The notes: generated from the letters alone by a model not told the origin. DNA of 64,000 bases from a virus (IMGVR_UViG_2675903370_000001:466-64465), one strand, 5' to 3'; shown: positions 9,641 through 18,480, counted from the first letter of the stretch. A program made the numbers and translations.

Positions 9641-10010
9641 ACATCTACATGCAACCCACGGCCAACGTGGTGCAGGCCAACCTGGCGGCCGGCGACATTA
9701 TCGAAATGGTGTCGGCGGTGGAAATCATTGGTTCGTCGCGCGGCATTCTGGCTTGAGAGGCTGAGTTGACCATCACCAAGACGGTCAGCGGTGCTTCGTC
9801 CACGTTCTACTATCGGTCGATGGCAAGTACCAAGAGCCTTTCACCATGTCGGCCAGCTTTTCCGGGGCGTTGGAAACACCGCGCGGCACGATTGACCTGA
9901 GTGAAACCGTAATTACCTCGCGCATGGGCCTGTACCTGGCTGCAGGCGTGCCGCAGGACTCGACGGTCTCGACGGTCAAGGCCGCACGGTTCGGGATTCG
10001 CAAGGTTTAA
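9641..10010 (+). pseudogene. 3' remnant of SGNH hydrolase gene
   Basis: Aligns to 63639-64000; TGG>TGA at 9754, 1-nt deletion near 9825, 9-bp duplication CTCGACGGT at 9959-9976. Confidence 0.92.
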
Positions 10011-10091
10011 ATATTTATACCGAGCATGAGGAGCGCTTTTGAACGAGCTCAGTCATGTATGCTTCTGCTCAGCCATCCTTTAATATAAATA

Positions 10092-10517
10092 TCACCTGGT
10101 GTTTATGCTAAAACCCTCAATAGGAATTTCTTCGGTACGATTATAAATTGGTAAAGTGCTAAAGTTGATTTTTTCAAGAGTTTCGCAGTCCCATGCTTTG
10201 GTTTGGGCTGCGTTATACAGCATGCCTAATGTCATTACAGTCTTTGCGCGCCGATCTTTAGATCTGAAGAATACGAAAATGTCAGTCCCTTCTGGCTTGA
10301 AGTAACGATAGTGGTCGTAGTCACCGGGGTCAACGCCAAAGTGTTCGAAAAAATCTTGCATAAAGTCACTTGCGTCGTCACCGTCAAGCCCTAGATCCCA
10401 ACTGACTCTTGTAGCGAGGCTGAGAGTCTCGAATGCTTTTCGGCCAAATCCAACATAAAAGTAGATTCTCTCTGCGAGATAGTCAACTACCTCATGGTTT
10501 AGATGGCTTCTATCCAT
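10092..10517 (-). CDS. DUF1493-family protein
   Basis: TRVSWDLGLDGDDASDFMQDFFEHFGVD...YF.PEG...MTLGML signature. Confidence 0.8.
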   Translation of the reverse strand: MDRSHLNHEVVDYLAERIYFYVGFGRKAFETLSLATRVSWDLGLDGDDASDFMQDFFEHFGVDPGDYDHYRYFKPEGTDIFVFFRSKDRRAKTVMTLGMLYNAAQTKAWDCETLEKINFSTLPIYNRTEEIPIEGFSINTR

Positions 10518-10519
10518 TT

Positions 10520-10746
10520 TTAAAAAACCTGATCTTGTTCATCTACGATAGCGTTGTAGGCGTTCACCGTTACGTAACCTATTTTGCCAAGCTCGTATGC
10601 AGTATATGACCATCCTATAACGGGTGTTGCTCGTGCGATGAAGCCACCAATGCTTCGTGTCCATCGGAGGTGCGGCGGAAACCATCCTGTAAGAGATGGT
10701 GCTCTGAAGTCTCCAGGAAACTTGCGGTTGTTTAGAGTGCGCCGCA
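10520..10746 (-). pseudogene. C-terminal fragment of STM2901-like protein
   Basis: APSLTG...TRSIGGFIARATPVIGW...YNAIV...DQVF directly upstream of DUF1493; 5' end replaced by SGNH fragment. Confidence 0.6.
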
Positions 10747-10848
10747 TGGAAACGCAGCGCGGCACGATTGACCTGAGTGAAACCGTAATCACTTCGCGCA
10801 TGGGCCTGTACCTGGCTGCAGGCGTGCCGCAGGACTCGACGGTCAAGG
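10747..10848 (+). repeat. 102-bp internal fragment of SGNH gene (third copy)
   Basis: Matches 9871-9981 and 63870-63971. Confidence 0.93.
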
Positions 10849-11068
10849 ATCAGATATCCGGCTGTCCGCGTCTCTCAGCTTTATTCGGAGCTTGTCACGC
10901 TCGAGCGCCGCATCGCTGTGCATGTCGATGAGCTTCGTGACGTTTGCGATATCGGTCGACCTCGTCGCGCAGCAGTCTGTTTTCTTCCGCCACCAGGTGC
11001 GCGTGCTGTTTAAGCATCTGTTCCTCGGTGGGGCAAAACGGCCAGTCTTCGGCGTAGTCGATGTCCAT
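10849..11068 (-). pseudogene. Truncated prophage terminal gene behind an SOS box
   Basis: GAGG RBS, MDIDYAEDWPFCPTEEQMLKQHAHLVAEENRLLRDE..., early stop and cut by the repeat. Confidence 0.5.
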
Positions 11069-11087
11069 GATGGGGGATCCTCAAATT

Positions 11088-11103
11088 CTGTATAAAAATA
11101 CAG
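11088..11103. promoter_or_regulatory. LexA (SOS) box
   Basis: CTGTATAAAAATACAG fits CTGT-N8-ACAG, 20 bp upstream of ATG 11068. Confidence 0.8.
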
Positions 11104-11204
11104 TATTTGAGTCTTTCAGATTTGGGGAGTGGTGTTCGTCGGCAGGACGCCGGAGAAGGCATTTTTTAGGAATTGCGCACCACGACTGTTTTGCGAACCA
11201 AAAC

Positions 11205-11243
11205 AAAAAGGGCCTACCCGGCAAAATGCCCGGTAAGCCCTTT
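11205..11243 (-). terminator. Probable intrinsic terminator 3' of tRNA fragment
   Basis: Imperfect inverted repeat AAAGGGCCTACCCGGCA/TGCCCGGTAAGCCCTTT with a T tract on the minus strand. Confidence 0.55.
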
Positions 11244-11250
11244 ATATATG

Positions 11251-11307
11251 TGGTGCCCCGAGCCGGGGTCGAACCGGCACGTCCAAAGGACGAGGGATTT
11301 TAAGTCC
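11251..11307 (-). other. att core: 3' half of tRNA-Leu(TAA)
   Basis: Reverse complement GGACTTAAAATCCCTCGTCCTTTGGACGTGCCGGTTCGACCCCGGCTCGGGGCACCA: anticodon TAA, long variable arm, T arm, CCA; no D arm/5' half; 118 bp from integrase stop. Confidence 0.92.
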
Positions 11308-11424
11308 GTAAATTTATCCTTTATAAACAGGTAGTTATAAATAATCCTGCACCGCATGACACGTTAATTACCTGCCTTGCAGCCCTTTAAATTCAAGGGG
11401 GTAAAAATAATTGCGGTGCAGAAT

Positions 11425-12459
11425 TCACCTGGTTGGAGTGACCTTTTTCCCGATCCTTTTGCGGATGTAATTCTCGGTCATCACCACGGTGGTGTGCCCG
11501 AGCTGATCGCGAGCTTGAAGGATATCGCCGCTCGACTCAGCCTTATCCGTGCCGGCTTTCGCTCGCAGGTCTCGCATCTGAAATTCTCCCTTCTCAACAC
11601 CGGCCGCCTCGCGTGCTGCGTCAAATCTCCCCCGCAACATACTGCTCGTCATGGGCTGGCCGTTATCCATGACGATCAGCCTGGAGGTGCGGATCCTGTG
11701 TCCGTCCTTCCTGGTCATAATGCGGTCAATGACCACCTTCAGATCACCTGTAATTTCAATCCTCCTTTTTGCATTCGTCTTGCCTTGCTGAACCCATAGC
11801 CTGCCGTCGCGTATATCGCGCTCATCCATTTTTAGCGTGTCCGCAATCCGCTGCCCGGTCAGATAGAAAAGATCCAGCGCATCGCGTAGAGGTTGCTCCG
11901 CATGGCTGTAAACCAAGGCAAACATTTCGTCCTCGATGTAGTGGTCTCGCCCGACCTCCTTGTGGCCCTTGACGCCCGCGCAAGGGTTGGCCAGCGCCGT
12001 GTAGCCTGCGCTCCTTGCAAAATTCCAGATAGCACTCAGTAGCGCCTTCTCCCGGTTTGCTCGGACAGGAGCCGCCTTGCCTCGCTGGCGGAGGTACTGC
12101 ACGACGTGTTGAGGTTCGATCGCTTCCAGCGGTGCTGGCGGATCGTCGAAGAACTTCAGAAGTTGCTTCAGCTCCCTGGCATTGTCTTTCTGTGTTGCCG
12201 GGCTTTTGGTGGGCACGACCTCTGCCATGTACTTTTCCGCGACATACTCGAATGTCAGCACCTGCTGGACGAGAGCTGAGGATGTTCGGCTCTTCTCCAG
12301 CTTGGCGTACTCGACGATCGCCATGCCATAGTCAGAGCCAAGTGGGATTTCCTTTCGCGGTGAACCTCCGATGTCATAGTAGTAATAGACGACCCCGCTG
12401 CGCTGTTTACGCTTTCTGAGGCGTGTGACGCTGTCGGGATTAATCGGCTTTCTTCCCAT
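11425..12459 (-). CDS. int: Tyrosine integrase
   Basis: TGQRIAD, QGKT, RDLRAK, LGHTTVVMTENY catalytic motifs; adjacent to att. Confidence 0.95.
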   Translation of the reverse strand: MGRKPINPDSVTRLRKRKQRSGVVYYYYDIGGSPRKEIPLGSDYGMAIVEYAKLEKSRTSSALVQQVLTFEYVAEKYMAEVVPTKSPATQKDNARELKQLLKFFDDPPAPLEAIEPQHVVQYLRQRGKAAPVRANREKALLSAIWNFARSAGYTALANPCAGVKGHKEVGRDHYIEDEMFALVYSHAEQPLRDALDLFYLTGQRIADTLKMDERDIRDGRLWVQQGKTNAKRRIEITGDLKVVIDRIMTRKDGHRIRTSRLIVMDNGQPMTSSMLRGRFDAAREAAGVEKGEFQMRDLRAKAGTDKAESSGDILQARDQLGHTTVVMTENYIRKRIGKKVTPTR

Positions 12460-12675
12460 TTATCCCACCAGCCGTGGCTGCCATTTAGGTTTGCCTGTAG
12501 TCGTGGTGGTCACGGCTTCGCCAGTCAGCGCCGATGCGATGACGCACGGCCAACCACTTCTTTTGATCGTGTGCCGAATCCCGTTTCGCTTTAATACGGT
12601 TATTTGCCCGGCTTTCGTTTTGGCACCGGTTAGGGTGCATACCTCTTCGTGCGACAGAAAGTGAATTTCGTCCAT
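12460..12675 (-). CDS. Excisionase-like protein (DUF4224)
   Basis: FLSHEEVCTLTG.K....Q...L...GI.H.....G.P.V pattern, directly upstream of int. Confidence 0.8.
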   Translation of the reverse strand: MDEIHFLSHEEVCTLTGAKTKAGQITVLKRNGIRHTIKRSGWPCVIASALTGEAVTTTTTGKPKWQPRLVG

Positions 12676-12755
12676 CAGTAGCTCCTGCAGCCCGCTCAGG
12701 ACCGCCATTGTTAGATATTGAAGTGAGTGTGGGCCGCGCTTGGCGGCGGAAGGGG

Positions 12756-12986
12756 TTAGAGGTAAACAAACTGGCTATTGGGGTCGAAGGGGTTGCCTTC
12801 TGGGTCGAGGACCAGCTCAGGGACGTTCTGGCGAATGAACTCGTCGAAACAGACCGGGCAGTAAGTTCGATATCGAGTTGTCAGCCGGCCATGCCCCTTG
12901 TAATCGCACTTAGGGCACTTGATCGCGCTCGGCTGGACGGAAGCCATCGTGATTCCGGCACCGCTCATTTCTACTTTCATGGGCAC
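12756..12986 (-). CDS. Small zinc-ribbon protein
   Basis: CPKC...CPVC. Confidence 0.5.
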   Translation of the reverse strand: MPMKVEMSGAGITMASVQPSAIKCPKCDYKGHGRLTTRYRTYCPVCFDEFIRQNVPELVLDPEGNPFDPNSQFVYL

Positions 12987-13105
12987 GTCTCCGCCCGCCG
13001 ATCAGCGGCAGGCTGTAAATGGGAAGGGGATATCGGGCAGGTGCTACCGATCACTGCTATGGTCTACGCAGCCAGCAGGAGTTGGGACGGCACCAAGGAG
13101 AGGTC

Positions 13106-13318
13106 ATGGAATGCACCACAACGGCAGATGAGGTTTACGGCCCGCGTAATGCCAGGCTCGGCAAGCGGGCGGTGGACGGCAATATCTGGTCGGGTACAAC
13201 GATGATTTTCAGAATCATCGATGACCGGGTCTACTCAATGCACGAGCAGTACCTGGGCCGGCTCAAGTACGGTATGGCGATGACTGACAGGGGAGAGCTG
13301 ATTTTCATGGTGCGTTAG
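13106..13318 (+). CDS. Small hypothetical cargo protein
   Basis: AAGGAGAGG RBS, 70 aa. Confidence 0.6.
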   Translation: MECTTTADEVYGPRNARLGKRAVDGNIWSGTTMIFRIIDDRVYSMHEQYLGRLKYGMAMTDRGELIFMVR

Positions 13319-13320
13319 GC

Positions 13321-13650
13321 TCACGGGGTAACGCGCCGTGCCCACCAGCAGACCGGGCCGTCGTCCGTGTCATGAATAGACAGGCAGAACCAGCTTTCAC
13401 CACCAGGGCGATCTGGCTCCCAGTAGCTGCAATCAGGGTCGCCCGCTTCGAAGTAGCGATCGGCCACAGCTTGGTCGCTTGCATATTCAAGTTCGACCTT
13501 GCGCACCTCTAGAGCCTGCTCAGCCACCCACGCTTTGCATTTTTCGCCGTCGCCCTCATCGAAGGCCGGCATATCCGGGTGTTCAAAGAAGCCGTTTTCG
13601 TCACGAATGACCGGCGCTGACTGTATGAACACGATTTTTTGTTCGGGCAT
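13321..13650 (-). CDS. Phage hypothetical protein
   Basis: RDENGFFEHPD...DCSYWEPDRP...IHDTDDGPVCWW, recurrent in temperate phages. Confidence 0.7.
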   Translation of the reverse strand: MPEQKIVFIQSAPVIRDENGFFEHPDMPAFDEGDGEKCKAWVAEQALEVRKVELEYASDQAVADRYFEAGDPDCSYWEPDRPGGESWFCLSIHDTDDGPVCWWARRVTP

Positions 13651-13831
13651 GACTTCGTCCTTGCCGCACACGCGGCTGATCTAAATTGAGTGAAAATACT
13701 GTGCGACTATATTGCGGACTCCTAGCCATTGGTCAGATGGATCAGGTCGTCTCGCTGCTCAAGTTGTCTACCCTCTTAGATGGGAAATAGACCGGTGCTT
13801 TCTGGTCAGGCCATCTAAAGGGATATTTAAA

Positions 13832-14047
13832 ATGCCGCTCGAAGACGATTTCCGCTTCAAGGCACATGAGCTCTTGGTGGAGCTGGATGCATCTGTTACT
13901 AAAATGATGATGATGGTCTCTGCTAAAGAGATAAGTGGGGATTTCTGGGACGAGGCTACCTCTCGTCATCAGGAGGCTTCTCTAGCTTGGTGTGCATTTA
14001 TCAGCTCAACGGAAGCTTATTCAGCCGCTGAAGACATTAGGCATTAA
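13832..14047 (+). CDS. Small hypothetical cargo protein
   Basis: AAGGGA RBS, 71 aa. Confidence 0.55.
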   Translation: MPLEDDFRFKAHELLVELDASVTKMMMMVSAKEISGDFWDEATSRHQEASLAWCAFISSTEAYSAAEDIRH

Positions 14048-14093
14048 CCCCTCTCAAAATCTGCACCAAGTTCACTTTGCCCGCGAGAACTGG

Positions 14094-16226
14094 TCACGCC
14101 GCCGCTGAGCTCACTGCTTGCATACGCCACGGATCGTTTGCTCGAGCAAGTGCAGCCATCGGTGGCGGGCTCACGCTGTTGCCGCACATGTGCACCTGCT
14201 GGGTTTTGGTGAATGGCTTGCCGTCGGCGCCGTGGGTGATGACGTAGTCGGCGGGAAAGCCTTGCGCCTTGTACAGCTCGGACGGCTTGAGCATCCGCAG
14301 GCAGATGTCGACGATCACGTAGGGCGTGCCCTTGACCATGACGGTGACCAGCGCCAAGCGATCCTTGGTTGTGATAGTTGGTGCTGGTTCGCCTGCGCCG
14401 CTGACGTTCTCGGTTCCGTAATAGCTGATAAGGAACGCAGCTACACGTAGTGCACCTTCCTCATGCTCTGGGGAGAGCCTGAGCGATACGACCGAGCTTT
14501 TACCGCCGCCACCCGCCGTCACGGTAGGCGCTGGTTCGTCCAGTTGCTGGCCTACGCTGGCGCCGAACTGCCTTTCCATGAACGCGGTTACCAGTCCGTG
14601 GTGCTGGCCGCCTGCGCTGATGGTGTACAGCGGATCGTTCACGTCCCGCGCATCACAGTTGCCGCGCAGATGCACCAGATTTGCGGCCACAAGAGCGTGG
14701 TGCTGACCAGTTGTCAGGGTCGGTACCGGACTTTCCAGGCTCGTGGGTCCGTGGCCCGTTGTGTTGGTGATCAGAGTCGCGGTCACCAGTTGCTGCTGGC
14801 TGCCAGTATTGGTGATTGTCGTCATAGGCTCGTCAGCGCCTTTGGCGTGGGTGGTGTTGAAGCCGCCGTTCATCTGAGCCATAAATGCAGTGGCCACCGC
14901 TCGATGATTCCGAGTCATCAAAGCGCCGACCGGCTGATCAGCTGCTACTGGTTTGCCTGCATAAACTGGCCCGCCAGCACCCACCAGAATCGAACTTGTG
15001 AGCGCATGCTTAACGCCACCGGCAACGATCGTCCCTAATGGCTGATCGATACCCGGCACGCGAGGCTGTTGGCCTTCGCGTTCGCCGTAGCCAGACTGGA
15101 TCAGGGTAGGGCTGATCAGCGTCAGTTCGCCGCGGTTGGCGCACGTCACCGTTGGCAGCGGCTCAAGTGGATCGTTGATGCGATCGCTGCCATGGTGGGT
15201 GGCTGGTGCGATGACTGGGCTGACGACCGAGAAAGCGCCGCCCTTTGGATATGAGGTCACCGTGCGCAGCGGCTCGTTGGCCGATTGCACCGTCTCGCCC
15301 GACCAGTTCGCGATCGGCACAATGAACGGGGCCGGGTTGTCGATGACGAACTTCTTCATGCCCTTGGCGACCCGGCGCAGGGTGGCCGGCGCCAGGTCTT
15401 TCTTGCGTCCGAATATGCTTTTGCCCAGGTCGGTGAAGTCGATGCACTCGGCGGCGGTCTTCCAAGGCTTCTGGCCTTTGGCGGGGCGCTTGGCGTGGGT
15501 CGGCTCTGGCCACACGATCGGCTCCCCATCGCAGCGGGCAATCATGAACAGGCGTTCCCGGCTGGTCGGCGCGCCGAAGTCGCACGCTCGGATCACGCGC
15601 CACTCAACCACATAGCCCAGACGCTCCAACTCGGCCACGAACACCGCCCACGTCTGGCCGCGCCGGTCAGTGTCTGGCACCAGAAACTGCTGATCGACCG
15701 GCACAACCTCACCTGGTGCGGCAATGCCGCCGCCCAGCTTCACTACCCGCCCGGTCGACTTGCAACGCTTTGCCACCAACGGCCCCCATTGCAGGATCTG
15801 CTTCACGTTCTCCAGGCTGATGACGCGGGGTTTCTTCTTGCCTGCCCACTTCAAGCCGATCCAAGACAGGTTGCGGATCTCACGCTTGCGCGGCTGCCCG
15901 CCAGCGGCCTGGCTGTGGTGGGTGCAATCCGGGCTCATGTGGAACCAGCCCACGGCCTTGCCGTCGCATTCGGTGTCCGGATCGCCGTCGAAAACATCGG
16001 TCGTGAAGTGCTTCGCACCCGGGTGATTCACGGTGTGCATGCTGATCGCCGCCGGGCTGTGATTCTTGGCCACACTAACGGTGCGCCCAAGGCCCATTTC
16101 CAGCCCGGTACCGGCGCCGCCGCCACCGCAGAAGAAGTCCACAACGATCTCATCGTCTTGCGGATTGAAGCCAAGGCCGTACTGGGTTTTAAAATCGAAG
16201 GGGTGGTTCTTCTGGTGAGCGGACAT
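14094..16226 (-). CDS. DNA cytosine-C5 methyltransferase with repetitive variable region
   Basis: DFFCGGGG (I), SPDC (IV), ENV (VI), RERLF (VIII), AQGFP (IX), GNSV (X). Confidence 0.93.
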   Translation of the reverse strand: MSAHQKNHPFDFKTQYGLGFNPQDDEIVVDFFCGGGGAGTGLEMGLGRTVSVAKNHSPAAISMHTVNHPGAKHFTTDVFDGDPDTECDGKAVGWFHMSPDCTHHSQAAGGQPRKREIRNLSWIGLKWAGKKKPRVISLENVKQILQWGPLVAKRCKSTGRVVKLGGGIAAPGEVVPVDQQFLVPDTDRRGQTWAVFVAELERLGYVVEWRVIRACDFGAPTSRERLFMIARCDGEPIVWPEPTHAKRPAKGQKPWKTAAECIDFTDLGKSIFGRKKDLAPATLRRVAKGMKKFVIDNPAPFIVPIANWSGETVQSANEPLRTVTSYPKGGAFSVVSPVIAPATHHGSDRINDPLEPLPTVTCANRGELTLISPTLIQSGYGEREGQQPRVPGIDQPLGTIVAGGVKHALTSSILVGAGGPVYAGKPVAADQPVGALMTRNHRAVATAFMAQMNGGFNTTHAKGADEPMTTITNTGSQQQLVTATLITNTTGHGPTSLESPVPTLTTGQHHALVAANLVHLRGNCDARDVNDPLYTISAGGQHHGLVTAFMERQFGASVGQQLDEPAPTVTAGGGGKSSVVSLRLSPEHEEGALRVAAFLISYYGTENVSGAGEPAPTITTKDRLALVTVMVKGTPYVIVDICLRMLKPSELYKAQGFPADYVITHGADGKPFTKTQQVHMCGNSVSPPPMAALARANDPWRMQAVSSAAA

Positions 16227-16232
16227 AGTTCA

Positions 16233-16270
16233 TCCTCGCCGGGGTGGCGTGAGTCGTTGAAGTGGGGTAT
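16233..16270. repeat. 38-bp linker shared with 3391-3428
   Basis: TCCTCGCCGGGGT(G/C)GCGT(G/A)AGTCGTTGAA(G/A)TGGGGTAT, 35/38 identical. Confidence 0.85.
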
Positions 16271-16305
16271 GAAAGGTTTTCCAGGTAGACAGGCAGGGCG
16301 TTGAT

Positions 16306-16494
16306 ATGACTTTGAACAGTGATATAGAAGCGCTTGAGGCAATAGCGGAAGAGGCTGAGGACCTGTTAACCAGGCTGGAGCTATTGGAAGGTGACCAAAA
16401 GTCGGAGCTACTCGCCGGCATTCGGCAAATAATCGCGATGGCGCGCTACCGCAAAGCGCTGGGCAGGGCAGAATTCGTTCATCCCTATAACTGA
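16306..16494 (+). CDS. Small hypothetical cargo protein
   Basis: 62-aa helical acidic ORF. Confidence 0.5.
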   Translation: MTLNSDIEALEAIAEEAEDLLTRLELLEGDQKSELLAGIRQIIAMARYRKALGRAEFVHPYN

Positions 16495-16619
16495 GGATGG
16501 AGAAGAGTACCAATGGGATCTAAAAAACTTTGATTTGTCCCTGAACCCTCTATCACTTCAAATGAACCCTCACGGCCAGCGGCTGCCAACCCTGAACATC
16601 ATTATTTGGAGCACATGTC

Positions 16620-16853
16620 ATGGAAGCCATAATCAGCCTACTCTGGTTGCCGTTCTCGCTACTCGTCCTGTTCGCGAACATTGTCGTGATCATCGGCATT
16701 TGTAGGAGCAAGAGAAGTCCGGGAGAGAAAGCGGCTTGGAGCATAGGAATCATGCTGTTTCCGGTCCTGGGTCTAATCGTCTGGGGTGTAGCAGGGCCGC
16801 GAGGCATAAAACCGGGCACTGGGCCATCTTCAGATATGCACAGCAAAGGGTAA
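16620..16853 (+). CDS. PLDc_N-type small membrane protein
   Basis: Two TM helices with K..W.I.I.LFPVLGLIVW. Confidence 0.75.
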   Translation: MEAIISLLWLPFSLLVLFANIVVIIGICRSKRSPGEKAAWSIGIMLFPVLGLIVWGVAGPRGIKPGTGPSSDMHSKG

Positions 16854-17103
16854 GAGGAACTGCAGAAGTCACACCGTGACTTGCTCGCCGATTACCGTCG
16901 TTGAGAGCGTTACGGTGTATTCTCGTGCGGGGCTGAATTTCCCGCCGCTGGTATCGCAGCTCATGTCTTTTTGATCTTGGTCCCCGGACCGATGTGGATC
17001 ACAAGAAGCTTGCTGCGGTGCAGGGATCAAATTTTGGGAACTAGTAAAAATCGATCTGACCTAAACGTTACAGTCCCCTAATACCCGAAAAGGAGGTGGT
17101 GGT

Positions 17104-17367
17104 ATGATTTCTAGTCTGGAATTACGGCATATTATTGAAACGGCTTTTCTGCCCATGAAGTGCGTCTGTACGATTGTGCCGGACGGTTCAATGTTCATTC
17201 AGATCTTCGACCAAAGCACAGGTAAGGAGGAGCTGACGGTGACGGGAATTGACCCGTCAGGCCTTGGCTCGAGCCGCGCGATTGCATCTTTGGTCACGGA
17301 GCTAAAAGAAGATATGCGCCTTCGTAGCCTTGCACCCGAGCGCCGGAATAAGGCGCACAAGGCTTAG
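17104..17367 (+). CDS. DUF1652-family protein, copy 1
   Basis: LELRHIIETAFLPMKCVCTI; GGAGGT RBS; paralog at 26733-27005. Confidence 0.8.
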   Translation: MISSLELRHIIETAFLPMKCVCTIVPDGSMFIQIFDQSTGKEELTVTGIDPSGLGSSRAIASLVTELKEDMRLRSLAPERRNKAHKA

Positions 17368-17444
17368 AAAACCGAAGCCCCGGCGTTCGGTCTTAACTCG
17401 TCTTACAAGTCGCATTCTCATGGTCCGACTAGTACCGACTCTCC

Positions 17445-18032
17445 TCATTTCTCGCTTTGACGTTGCAGCGGGTAATCGATGCTGTAGTCAAGAATCAGCC
17501 GTTTGATCATCGTGTTACTCAGTCCGAGTTCGACGACGGCGGCCTTCCGCGATATACCGCGATCGCGGGCGGCTTTGATCCGCACTACGTTCACCGCGTC
17601 AGCCACCGGATCGGTTTGATAGGGAATGAGGTTCGAAGCCGGGCTGAACGCCTTGTATTCGAAGCCATGCACGCGGGCCATCTTCCGAAGTCTGTAGATG
17701 CTCACGTCAGTTTTGCGCATGACATCGGTGATCGTCATCGTCTCGGCAAGCTTGCGGATGACTTCCACCTGCTCGGCGCGGGCGTTGCAGCGGTCTTGGA
17801 TCGAGTCTTGCGGCGTTGCGGCCCGCATTGCTTCTTTAGTCCGCCGGCGTGGTAAAGGCTGGCGCGCTACCGGCGCACTCATCCGGCCGTATTCTTTTGA
17901 CTTGGGCTTCAACGGAAAGCCTTTTTGGGTTTCGATCACGCCACCGCGCTTTATGAAATCAGCCACCTTGGCCTCAAGGACGGTAGAACGCTCTTTGTTG
18001 CGCTGAATCATGCTCAGCTCTGGACTGATCAT
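17445..18032 (-). CDS. Phage early HTH-like protein
   Basis: N-terminus related to 21109-21348; two HTH-like segments. Confidence 0.7.
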   Translation of the reverse strand: MISPELSMIQRNKERSTVLEAKVADFIKRGGVIETQKGFPLKPKSKEYGRMSAPVARQPLPRRRTKEAMRAATPQDSIQDRCNARAEQVEVIRKLAETMTITDVMRKTDVSIYRLRKMARVHGFEYKAFSPASNLIPYQTDPVADAVNVVRIKAARDRGISRKAAVVELGLSNTMIKRLILDYSIDYPLQRQSEK

Positions 18033-18370
18033 CAGCTGGCACCGTATAGGGCGAACAGCGCCAGTCCGGTAGCGATGGCAGCAGTCCAGCGCAGCATGTG
18101 AGTGGCGAACGATGGCTGGCGCACGGGCTTCGCTTCCAGTTGCTCAGCGGCCTTGCAAGCCGCGCTGTGGCCTCGATGCACCCCGCGCACAGTACCGGTG
18201 GAGCGCTCGACGATGCCGAACTCGTTATTGCCGTTCGGCACGACAGTGAAGCGCGGCAGAGCTGCCGGATTCTTGCGGCCTACCTTTTCGTAAAACTCGG
18301 CAGTGGAAAGGTTGCAGCGCTGGCGCAGGCCTTCGAGGATTGCACGACGCTGGCTGATTGTCTGATGCAT
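18032..18370 (-). CDS. Phage early protein with C-terminal TM helix
   Basis: AAGGAG RBS, stop overlaps next start. Confidence 0.7.
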   Translation of the reverse strand: MHQTISQRRAILEGLRQRCNLSTAEFYEKVGRKNPAALPRFTVVPNGNNEFGIVERSTGTVRGVHRGHSAACKAAEQLEAKPVRQPSFATHMLRWTAAIATGLALFALYGAS

Positions 18371-18480
18371 ATGAGGCTCCTTGACCGCATTGGCCAGATG
18401 CCAGGCGCGGGCGACCAAACCCAGCCGTGAGACTGGCCTGGCACCTGCCGATGCGGTCGTTTGATTTGGGGGAGGGTGAT

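Larger units (their letters stand above)
1..11250. mobile_element. Defective (internally deleted) lambdoid prophage remnant, extends left of window
   Basis: Phage early genes on minus strand; 8770-9640 near-identical to 21290-22210 and 9641-10010 to 63639-64000; several frameshifts/stops; ends at tRNA-Leu att core. Confidence 0.9.

Noticed and set aside
9641-10848. Diversity-generating retroelement (template/variable repeats in SGNH copies)
   Set aside because: No reverse transcriptase in the window and mismatches are not adenine-specific.
11251-11307. Complete tRNA-Leu gene
   Set aside because: Only anticodon arm to CCA is present; sequence beyond 11307 forms no D arm or 5' acceptor strand.
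15285-16304. Long antisense ORFs (also 44655-45632, 50188-51204, 55484-56686)
   Set aside because: Shadow frames of GC-rich genes with no recognisable motifs.
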